64,000 nucleotides of DNA from Mytilus edulis (Eukaryota). Location of the stretch: NCBI RefSeq assembly GCF_963676685.1, contig NC_092347.1:1426001-1490000 (forward strand). Reading direction: 5' to 3'. A program made the translations under genes and the position numbers. The notes beneath the pieces were generated by a model. That model did no database searches and had not been told where the DNA came from. It saw nothing but the letters and a program-made list of their open reading frames with translations. Shown here piece by piece: positions 1-11,208 of this stretch (positions are counted from its first letter, which is position 1; each line of letters starts with the position of its first letter).

Positions 1-589
1 GTTACGTCAGCTTAAATGCTTATAAAGAAAATGTTTCATTCAAATAATCTCATAACGACAAAAATCTTCCTTGAGGCTGTAAAGTTTTCATCATTTTACA
101 AATAAATAATAAATCTCATCTTATTCATCATAAATCATCTTCAGGGGAAATGCAATTAGAAAGATACCACCTGTTCTATCTAACTTTAACTAGAGACACA
201 TACAAATATTATCTTAGTATATGTCTCTGCTTCAACTTAAATATTTGCCTGGGATTTTATTCTATCTGATTCTTTTTTTATATTAATTATAAAAGGTGCA
301 TGCAAATTTCATATAATTCTATTTTATTATATTATTTATAAATGCATACTCTAGGAATCTCTTTACGTTACATGAATGCAATCATATTGATTCGTGTGAA
401 TAAATGTTGAGCATAATTTTAGTGATTCGTGAAATTGTTATCTCCTGTGCATATATTAAAAATAGCATGCGTATATGTATACCTAACCTTGTACATGACA
501 CTTCTATAATTCTGAGACGGTGCGCTTTAGAGGTTGGCCATATATATGCATATTTGATAATGATAGTAGCTTTAGAGGTTTGCCCTGTA

Positions 590-2640
590 TAAATCAGAGA
601 AGTTGACCTTTAGAGAATGACCAGTCCACGTATAACTCAGATGAGGAGATCTTTAGAGGTTGGCAATTTAAAAATAAGAGAAGGTGAGCTTTAAAGGTTG
701 ACCATGTATAAATCTGAAAATGTTGGCCTTTAGACGTTGGGCCTGTATAAATAAGATAAGGTGAGCTTTAAAGGTTGACCATGCATAAATCGGAAAATGT
801 TGGCCTTTAGACGTTGGGCCTGTATAAATAAGATAAGGTGAGCTTTAAAGGTTGACCATGTATAAATCTGAAAATGTTGGCCTTTAGACGTTGGGCCTGT
901 ATAAATAAGATAAGGCGAGCTTTAAAGGTTGACCATGCATAAATCTGAAAATGTTGGCCTTTAGAGGTTGGGCCTGTATAAATATAAGATAAGGTGAGCT
1001 TTAAAGGTTGACCATGTATAAATCTGAAAATGATGGCCTTTATAGAGGTTGGGCCTGTATAAATAAGATAACGTGAGCTTTAAAGGTTGGCCTTGTTTAA
1101 AGTTAAAAAAAAAATGACCTTTTGAGGATGGCCATGTATAAATCAGAAAAAGTGAGGTTTAGCGGTTGGCCATGTATAAATCGGAGAATGTGAGCTTTAG
1201 AGGTTGACCATTTATAAATCTGAAAATGGTGGCCTTAAGAGATTGGCCATGTATAAATCTGAGAAGGTGACCTTTAGAGACTGGGCCTGTATCAATAAGA
1301 TAATATGAGATTTAAAGGTTGGCCTTCTATTAATTTGATAAAGATGACCTTTGGAGGTTGACCATGTATAATTGAGAGAAGGTGAGCTTTAGAGATTGGC
1401 CATGTCTAAAATTGAGAAAGTGACCTTTAGAAGTTTGTCCTGTATAAATCTGATAAAGGTGGCCTTAAGAGGTTGGCCTTGTTTAAATATGAAAAAATTA
1501 TCTTTAGGGTTAGACCTGTTTAAATTAGAGAAGTTGAGGTTGACATGTTTTCCCTGTATATCTGAGAAGGATATCTTTAGAGGTTATTCCAGTTTTGATC
1601 TGAGAAGGTGGCCTTCAGAGGTTGGCCTCGTATAAACATGAGAAGGTGACATTTAGAGATCAGCCCTTTATAAATCTGAAGAGGTAACCTTTAGAACCTT
1701 TTAAAGGTTGACCCTCTATAAATCTGTATATGGTGGCCTTTAGAAATTTGCTATGTATACATCTCAGGTGACCTTTACTGGCTGGGTATGTATAAATAAG
1801 ATTAGGTGAGTTTTAAAGGTTTGCCTTGTATAAATCTGGAAAAGATTAACTTTAGAGGTTGGAATGTATAAATCTGAAAAGGAAACCTTTAGAAGTTGGC
1901 CATGTATCAAATTGAAAAGGTGATCTCTAGAGATTGGCCAAGTATAACACAGAGAAGAAAGTAAAATCACAAAAATACTGAACTTAGAGGAAGATCAATT
2001 GGGAAAGTGCATAATCACATGGCAAAATCAAATAACAAAACGCATCAAAAACGAATGGACAAGAACTGTCATATTCCTGACTTGGTACAGGCATTTTCAA
2101 ATGTAGAAAATGGTGGATTAAACCTGGTTCTATAGCGCTAACCCTCTCACTTTAATGACAGTCTCATCAATTTCCGATATTTTTACATTGATGCGTTAAA
2201 CGTTAAAGGTTGGCCATGTATAAATTTGAAAAAGTTAATCTTTTGAGATTGTCCCTGTGTAAATCTGAAGAGATGATCTTGAGCAGTTGGCCATGTAAAA
2301 ATCGGAGAAAGGGATCTTTAGAGGTTGGCCTCATATAAATCTGAGAAGGGGATCTTTAGTATAGTCGGCCATGTATAAATCTGAGTAGGTGATCTTTAGA
2401 GGTTGACCTCGTATAAATATGAGAAGTTTGTCTTTAGGAGTTAATCTTGTATAAATCTGAGAAGGTATTCTTAATAAAATGGTCAGGTATAATTGTAGAG
2501 GATGGACCTGTATTAATCTAAGAATGGAATGTAATTTAGATTTTGGTCCAGCTTAAATCTGAGACGGTGATTTTTTGTTGGTCACATATTATTAATCTTA
2601 GAAGGTGAGCTCTAGAGAATGGCCATGTTTACTTCTGAGA
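590..2640 (+). repeat. ~38-39 bp satellite (approx. AGAGGTTGGCCATGTATAAATCTGAGAAGGTGACCTTT) with a 77-bp dimeric higher-order segment
   Basis: The unit recurs throughout. AAGGTGAGCTTTAAAGG occurs at 681, 758 and 835 (period 77). The array is interrupted at ~1950-2200. Confidence 0.92.
1957..2200 (-). mobile_element. Interspersed repeat family A (retroposon-like), truncated copy inside the satellite
   Basis: AAAGTAAAATCACAAAAATACTGAAC...CATATTCCTGACTTGGTACAGGCATTTT matches copies at 5381 and ~7185. One end is fixed and the other variably truncated; orientation is inferred from this. Confidence 0.75.
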
Positions 2641-3608
2641 AGGAAAGGCAAGCCTTATAAAAAAATATTTCTCTTTTCAGCGCGTAAAGGGCTCTACGAT
2701 TGAATTTGAGATATATAGAGAATTTAGTTACAAATGTATTACAGTATTATCGAAATAATTGCAATCATTTCTCAAAACAGACTATGAAAAAAAATAGCGG
2801 TAGTTTGGATTTTCTTTTCTCGATTGGGTTACATATAGACTTTATTTATTACTTTGTCAGTTACATAACGTTTCATGTTTAAATTGCAATTCTGATTTCA
2901 AATAATGTTTATCAAAAGGAAAAGATTTATTCAACACTTCATGTCTGAAAGTTAACATTCAAATATATATGACAATGGCCGCTGAGAAGTTCTTTTATAA
3001 AATAATGAACATTTTCAAGTGTGAACTATTCTATGGATCAAATACGTGTCTCTTATCATATGTGATGTAATAGCAATGTAAACATTTCTTCGTTATTTCT
3101 ACTCGAAATTAAAAACATCAAAAGTATGCACAATTATTTATACAAACAGTGTAGACTTTGTAAATATTATACGTTTTCAAATTTAATCACAGTTTCTATT
3201 TAGCAAATACTTAAATCTGTTTAAAAAATTATCACTTTTTCATAACATTAAAACTTATATTTGATGATAACTGTTATGTTATGTTTATAGTTATTGTACG
3301 ATTTAAAAATGATACAAAAATATTTATAAACCTTATTAAACTATTTGACAACAAATTGAAAAACCTTTATATAAAGTCAACTAAATTATTAATTTTTTCA
3401 CAGCACTCTTAATATGTAATCGCAATCACAAGTTCATGAGAAAATGTACGTTCAGATGTTCAAATGTACATAGGTATAAGAAAATGTAAAAGCATAGATG
3501 TAATACCTACATCTATGGTAAAAGTAAACCATTATATAGGTCAAAAGTACATGTTGTATCACCTTTATGTATGCTCTATTGCTAGTATTGAAACAATGTT
3601 TAAATGCT

Positions 3609-3751
3609 CATTGGCGGATCCAGGGGTTGGAAACCCCCCCCCCCCCCCTTTTTTTGCCGATCAATGTATTTGAATGGGGACATATAGTTGGAACCCCCCC
3701 TTTTGTCCTGGGTTGGGAACCCCCTTTTTAAAATGGCTGGATCCGCCCCCG
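3609..3751. mobile_element. MITE with GGCGGATCC-type TIRs and 5-bp TSD
   Basis: CATTGGCGGATCCAG...CTGGATCCGCCCCCG, flanked by ATGCT at 3604-3608 and 3752-3756. Confidence 0.85.
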
Positions 3752-4790
3752 ATGCTATATTGACAGATAAGGTACCGAAAATCGCCTTTTACTTAAAAAA
3801 ATTCACTCTGGTTTTTAAAACCATAATTGTACACTATGAAGATCTATGAAGCACATCTACTCCAAACTAAATATATATCTCGACATGCGTGCTATAGAAG
3901 TAGAAATAACCTTGATTTCTCTTTTGAGTAGATTATTAGATTATTTAATATTCAGTTCAATTCGATTTCTCAAATTCCGCTATATCTCTTTTTTTTTTTT
4001 TAAACAAAGAACCGTTAATGCATGCAGTATTTGATTTGCATTTCGTCCCAGATAAATAACAGTATTGACAATAGATATCGGTTGACAGATTTATTCGATA
4101 TTCTGTGCAACATGTATGCATAATACCTATTAAAATTCAAAGCATAAATATAGTCAATAACGGACTGGAGAGATGCTTCATCAACCAATCATAAGAGCTT
4201 TAGTAAGGATTTGTTGGTATATTCTCCCGTCTATAACTGTCATGATGGTATAAATGATGGTATTCTTGAGATACATCATCACGGTCTATAGACAGGATAT
4301 TGATTGTCGCACCTGTTAACGTGCTATATATTAACGTTATTTACAGTTATCACTTATTTATTAAGATAACAAATACTTTAACAAACAGTTAATTATCCAA
4401 GTCAATAGTATTGTTATTAACTTTCTCAATTGTTACGTAATCCAGGAAACAATACTGAATACATTATTTCAATGAACAAAGGTACTGTCAGCTATTCTAA
4501 TCAAGAAATATATAGTGAAACGAAGAACTAATTCATCTAAAATGCCCAGAAAAAAGATTCAAAGCAAAACGTATTTAAATGATAGTTTGTTTGGTTTGAT
4601 AAAATCGATATAATTAATTTGTTATGAGAAGAAAATACTTCATAGTAATAATGAATGTGTTAAGTCTGTTATACTAAGTATGACATCTTATTTTGTAGTG
4701 AGCTATTTTTTCACTTTTCTTTTGTAACGTTTTGAATATATCCAAAACTTTGATATAACAAAGTCAATAAACATTTACTTATGAAAAGAC

Positions 4791-4875
4791 GACACGTGAT
4801 TGATTTCCTGGTAATGTCGACCCGTGATTGATTTCCTGGTAATGTCGACCCGTGATTGATTTCCTGGTAATGGCC
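4791..4875 (+). repeat. 28-bp tandem repeat x3
   Basis: GAC(A/C)CGTGATTGATTTCCTGGTAATGTC repeated three times. Confidence 0.95.
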
Positions 4876-5380
4876 CTTAGAGACCACGTGATGTACTCCA
4901 AATAGATTAATTAATGGACAACATATCCCAATTTGTATTCAGACTGTGACAGACCTTATAGATTTAACCGATTTGATAAAAGTATAATTGACGTGGCTCT
5001 CGATGTGTTATACCTATTATATTTTACAGATTTGTAAATGGACCAATATACTGATGAATAATAACCTTACTCTAAACATTAATTACATCATTATTCTGCA
5101 CAAATACTTAAACGTGTTTCTTTTGTCGTAGTTGAAGCATCTACAATCTTCGAAACGATTTTATCTGTGACAGTTATAGTCCCAGATTTTACCGACAAAT
5201 GTTTTTAAAAATGCAAAAGTTAAAAAAAAATGAAATTATGCAAAATTACTTATAGGTGTATACCATCATTGATTTTCTCCTATTAGTCTTAGTTACAGTT
5301 GCACTTTTCAAATAAATTCTGCCGACTTTATCTTTTGTTTCAAATAAAGAAATACTTGGCATGAGTAAATAGTTATCAAA

Positions 5381-5884
5381 AAGTAAAAACACAAAAATAC
5401 TGAACTCCCAGGAAAATTCAAAAAGGAAAATCAAAAATCAAAAGGCAAAATCAAAAGTCCAAACACATCTGACGAATGGATAACAACTGTCATATTCCTG
5501 ACTTGGTACAGGCATTTTCTAATGTAGAAAATGGTGGATTGAACCTGGTTTTATAGCTAGCTAAACCTCTCACTTGTATGACAGTCGCATCAAATTCCAT
5601 TACATTGTCAACGATGCATGAACAAAACAAACATACTCAAAGAGTAAAAATGTCAATATTGTGTTATCATCTTAATATCACTACATAAACAACAAATGTA
5701 ACAAATGTAACAAAGTAGCACAAAAAGGCATACATCAAATTTAACATTCTCATTTTGCTTTTCTTATACGGCTGAATTTATCTATGTAAAGTCTACCCAT
5801 AAATGAAAGAAGGTTTTCATTACTGGTGTAAAATTGCGCGTTTGAAATTCGCACAGGTAGACATAAAAATAATTAATATTAAAA
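5381..5884 (-). mobile_element. Family A repeat inserted into the retrozyme monomer, 7-bp TSD
   Basis: TATCAAA at 5374-5380 and 5885-5891. The uninterrupted target AAATAGTTATCAAAGGTACCAGGCTTAT is seen at ~10336-10363. Confidence 0.8.
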
Positions 5885-5934
5885 TATCAAAGGTACCTGG
5901 CTTATGATTTGATACGCCCGTTTCGTCTACATAA

Positions 5935-6255
5935 ATTAGATCAAATAAAAGCACCGTTGTTCGAAAGTCATAAAACGATTGAGAGAAAACAAATCCGGGT
6001 TAGAAACTAAAACCGGGGGAAATACATCGACTATAAGAGAAAAAGAACGAAACAACAGAAACACTGATAAGTGCAACAAAAAACAAACGACAATGCAAAG
6101 GAGGGACGAATGATACCAGAGGGACAGTCAAACTCATAAATCGAAAATAAACTGACAACGGCATGGCTAAAAATGAAAAAGACAAACAGACAAACAATAG
6201 TACACATGCAACATACATAGAAAAGAACTATTTGATAACAACTGCCATATTCATG
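5935..6255. mobile_element. Composite repeat insertion splitting the hammerhead stem II loop
   Basis: Lies between GTCTACATAA and AGACTCATCAG. The internal 6097-6225 segment resembles ~9825-9900. Confidence 0.55.
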
Positions 6256-7184
6256 AGACTCATCAGTGATGCTCAGATCTAAATAGTAAGCCAAACAAGT
6301 ATAAAATGGATGCGCAATAAGGACCAACAATTCCAAAAGGTTGTGCCAAATACGGCTAAGGTAATCTATGCCTGGGATAAGAAAATCCTTAGTATTTCGA
6401 ATAATTCATACTTATGCAAACAATTTATTACAAAAATGACCATATAATTGATATGCATGTCAACACCGAAATGCTGATTATACTGAAATGGTAATACCAT
6501 CGGAGACGAAACGATAAAGTGTTATCCTTTCCAGTACTATACAAAAAAATTTAAAATTGCATCAACTCAGAATTCATAATGTTAAAAATATTCAGTCATG
6601 AACAAGAGGTACTGACTACTGAATTTGTTAAATCCCCGTTGACTAACAGTCAATCAGAATCACCGAATATAATACAGTCGATGTAATTCATAACTAACGG
6701 TCTACTAGATTCCCTCGCTAATGTGCAGATTGTATTCCCTAAGAGACTCGGAGAACCCCTGAACAAACTCATCATCGGTACCATTGGATTGAAATAATGT
6801 ACTCCAGACACGCGTTTCGTCTACAAAAGATTGATTAGTGACACTAAAATCAAAAAGTTAAAACAAATCAAAACAAAGTACGAAGTTGAAGAGCACGAAT
6901 GACCCATTTACCAAATACAGCTAAGATCATCTATTCCTTGTATAGAAAATCCGTAGTATTTCTAAAATTAAAAGTTTTGTAAACAGTCAATTTATACTTT
7001 TAAAACAATGTTCATGATAATGTAATCACAAAAGAAATATTTCCTATATTAAGCTGCAACATAAAACATATCTGATTTAAGATAATACCAGTATACACAC
7101 AATCTTTGGGTTAACGTGTTAATAGCAATGAACCTTGTTTATCTAAACATGTTATTGTTATCTTATTGTTTTATTTTCATGGAA

Positions 7185-7485
7185 TACAAAAAAAATACCA
7201 AACTCTGAGGAAATTCAAACGGAATGTCTCTTATCAAATGGCAAAATCAAAAGCTCAAACACATCAAACGAATGGACAACAACTGTCATATTCCCTGATT
7301 TGGAAAAGACATTTTCTTATGTAGAAAATGATGGATTAAACCAGGTTTTATAGCTAGCTAAACCTATCACTTGTAAGGCAGTCGCGTAAAATTTCATTAT
7401 ATTGACAACGATGTGTGAACAAAACAAACAGACATTATAGGTAAAAATGTCAAAATAAGGGTACAATAGTCAACACTGTGTTATA
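7185..7485 (-). mobile_element. Family A repeat copy (diverged)
   Basis: Colinear with 5381-5670 (GGCAAAATCAAAAG...GGACAACAACTGTCATATTCC...GTAGAAAATG...TAGCTAGCTAAACC). Confidence 0.8.
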
Positions 7486-8199
7486 TCCAATCTTTATAGC
7501 CAATGTCTATGTAGAGTACCAATTGTTTAATCCCCAACAATGAAACTTGTGAGATATAAGCTATTTAAATTTGACGGGAAATGATTTTCTCTACAAATAT
7601 TCAGAATATCTTACAAGTAGACGAAAAAAGACTACCGAACATTCTTAAAACTTGTTCTAGTATAATATTTTCTAATGAAATAATGATATTTTGCGATGCT
7701 CATAAGATATTTTAAATGGAACATTATGCGCCTTATCAGATGGGCGAAGTCGTGTTTATGTAGTTTCTGATGATGAATGGAATATATGATAAATGAAACT
7801 TACTATGTATCCGATATTAAATTATATTTTATAGTTTATAGAATAAGCATTGCATTGTTTATCGTTTGATAAAGTGAATGATGCATTGGTTAAAGTTGTA
7901 TTGAGATATGTTTAAACATTCATCACGTTTCTTGTTTGAATCCATGGTACCATGCTGTTTTATATTATAATAAAGGATGTTGATAAAATTGAAAATGTCA
8001 AAGAGACAAAAACCCGACCAAAAAGTAGACAACAGTCGAAGGCCACCAAGGGTCTCCAACGCAGCAAGAAATTACGCACAAGATCTAAAGTTTTTTTTAG
8101 ATACTGTAACTAAATCAAGTTATATTTATGTATCAAACATATTTAAATAAATGCTTTGTTCATACCAAATAATATTTTTCTTCAACAGAAACAAATATA

Positions 8200-8700
8200 G
8201 ATCAGCTAGTTGTGCCAACAAGATATCTGCTTTTATCGTGCAAACAAAATATTTTCTATCATCGATGACAACATTTTGTCGTTTATTTTGGTGCAAACAA
8301 GATATCGTTTATTATCGTGTCTACAAGATAGCGTCAATTATCGATGACAAACAAGTTATTGTCTATTATCGATTTGATCATGATATCGCCTATCTTCGAA
8401 TAAACTAGATATCGTCTTTTATTTTAAGAGATATCTTCTATAATCGTGCCAACCAGATATCGTCTATTATCGTTACCAAACAATATCGTCTGATATCTTC
8501 CAAATAAGATATCTTCTACAATCGTGCAAGACATCTTTTACTATCATGGCAACAATTTTAAAAGATGGCGTCTTCTAATGTGTCAACGAGACATATTCCA
8601 CTATCGCACCAATAAGATATCGTCTTCACGTGAGCAAAATTTGGCTGTGTATCGGGCCATCAAGACATCTTCAAATATTATGGCAAAAATATATCGTCTT
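8200..8700 (+). repeat. Degenerate ~27-30 bp tandem repeat (AAGATATCGTCTATTATCGTGCAAAC-like)
   Basis: Recurring AAGATATC(G/T)TCT and ATCGTG motifs. Confidence 0.7.
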
Positions 8701-10614
8701 CAACTTACACTTTTGAAATATCATCCCAAGAGCAAAAAAGTCCGATTTGCTTTCAAAAGTATTAAGTATATAGCTGACCAATCTATTGTATCCTGTTAGC
8801 ATCGTTCTTACATGCGATAAGATCAGAAAACTATTCGTTCTTCTATGCATTTAAATTCTATGATTGACTATTTGCATAATAGTTTTCGTAATATATTGTT
8901 ATTGCTTTCTACAAAGATATGTATTAAATGAAATCAAAATAAATGCAACAGGCTATCATATTTGAGGAAATTAGAAAACCAGCGATTTCCATACAATTAA
9001 TAGCAATCAATAGACCTAGCATTGTAACCAACTATCAAGTTGCATTTTATTCTTCAGAGAGATTCATTAGCCGATGAATCGACGACTTTCCTTTTTATAC
9101 ACTTTTTATTTAATATAACAATACTTTAATATGCCGAAAGGGTATTGTGTGGAAATATTATTAGTGTAATTCAATTGATTGAAAGCAGCATGCTAGAACA
9201 AAACAAATTAATAGGAATGATTTTGAATAATGGAACAGAAAACTTTCCATGTATATTGTTAAATAAACTTGAGGGATTTATTTGTGGATAAAACCTCTTT
9301 ACATAATACTTAATATACAGTTAAATATATTTAAATCGGTCTATCAGGCTAATGGAAACAATACTTACTTTATAGTTAATTAGACAACACAGATATGTCA
9401 GCTATTGTTTAAGTACTGAAATCTGATGTTAAGCAGAATTATATTTACTCAAAACGGATTCTTATCAATATTTCCGTCTGGCGATCATGAAGCCATTATA
9501 AAACTTGATATAGTTGCTTTTCAAAATAATCAATACATATTTGTGCCTTATGCTGCTCTTTTTCTAATTGGTATTGATTCTATTTGATATCAATTATCCC
9601 AGGGGGAAACTAGTTATCTTTTTTTAGATTGGTTATCAGCACTTTGTGAAGAGCTCAGAATAAAACGAGCATTAAACTGACTTTTCTCTCCCAATTTACA
9701 CGGTTGAACATGTTAATCTGGATTGCTGTCATATTTGTCCAATAAAATAAGGATTATACTGTAATTCTAACGCAGTCTCTGTATAACAAGAAATTGACAG
9801 GGATTACTTAAAGATTACGTCAAAAGAGAGGCAAAATATACCACAGGGAATTTAAAACTTAAAGTCGAAAACAAACTGACAATGCCATCAACAAAAAAGC
9901 CACAATTGGTATTTTTTCAAGAAAAGTGAAATGATGGTGTTTTGTTTACGATTTCCAGTGTAATTAAATAATTCTTCGATTGCATCAATAGCCTATGTTG
10001 GTTTTTTCTGTTCTGTTTTTGTTTTAAAATAATCATTGTTTGTTTTTTAAATAGTTTTTTCGTCGAGAGTTCAACATGGTCCTTAAATGTACACAACGAC
10101 AGTTCTAAAGTACAATTTCCCGGTTTTGGTTTATGAATGCAATGACATTGTTCTGAGTATGACTAATTGCATGAAATAACCTGGACAGTGTTTGTCGCTA
10201 GAAAGGGACCTACTTATGCAAGGGTCTTAACAGTTAATTTAAAATCTCTTAAAAAATAACTTTCAAAGCTGAGTTAACTTTTGCGGAGTAGAATTGTTGA
10301 AGATAAATATAAGACTGATATATTCCATTTGTCATAAATAGTTATCAAAGGTACCAGGCTTATATTTAAATACTCCAATAGATGATAAACGGCTAAATAC
10401 CTTTCGGTCTGAATTCATCACTGGTTTAAATAGGGTGTATGTGCTGCTCAATGTCCAGTGTATCTCTTTGTTATAATATGCCCCAATATCAGCTATCTAA
10501 GGGCTTTTTTCTGGTCACGATGTCTCTCTTTCTTCTTTCGCTTATATTTTTTTCTCTGTTCAATATTTTCTAACTAGTTTTTGGTATGTTTATGTCCCTT
10601 TGATGAACTTTTTA

Positions 10615-11208
10615 GGTAGATGGGGTGTCTAAATTATAATCCATAGAATTTTTGAATAATTTGCCAAAATGTAGTTTATTTCGTTCTTTAAAAAAAAAAA
10701 AAAAAAGAATGGGTCACGGGGCTTATTTTCACGCTACACGGTGTTCAAATTTGACAGATTTTGTATAGATTATGCATGGAAACCCCAATTTTCTGCAATA
10801 AAGTGTAAACTACACCATAGTATTTTGAGATAACATATGAGAAGATAGCTTTAATAGTATGCTTTCAGTTAAGAAAGAACCGGACCCGTTTTCTTGCTAC
10901 ATAATAAAATAGGTAAATTCCTAACACATTCTTTTGTAAAAGTACCTTAATCTGAATTATCTGCCCTTGCATTTGAGTTGCCTCCCCTTAAGTGGCAAAG
11001 TTGGAAAACAAATTTTTAAAAAAAATGTTTACTGTTTTTTCTAAAATACAACCATAAATATGATAAAACATGTCATTTTCTATATTGAAACGAAAGTTCT
11101 TACACATGAATTACCTACTACTCTCAAAATTTGCACATTCTATTAAAGACCTAGACCTTGTTTTCGGGTATTTCCAAATCCAAGATGTAGGAAGACACCC
11201 TATCTGCC
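10615..11208. mobile_element. Non-autonomous DNA transposon, Kolobok-like (GG termini, TTAA target)
   Basis: GGTAGATGGGGTGTCT...AGACACCCTATCTGCC inverted termini. Flanks are TTTA (10611-10614) and TTAA (11209-11212). Confidence 0.8.

Larger units (their letters stand above)
5365..7020 (-). mobile_element. Degenerate non-LTR retrozyme cluster (type I hammerhead ribozyme repeats) with nested insertions
   Basis: Minus-strand halves TCA-CTGATGA-GTCT (6256-6269) and TAGAC-GAAAC (5920-5929) are separated by an insert. A second colinear copy at ~6800-6845 reads GTCA-CTAATCA-ATC-TTTTGTA-GAC-GAAAC-GCGT-GTC-TGG. Flanks 6270-6440 and 6845-7020 are homologous. Confidence 0.7.
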
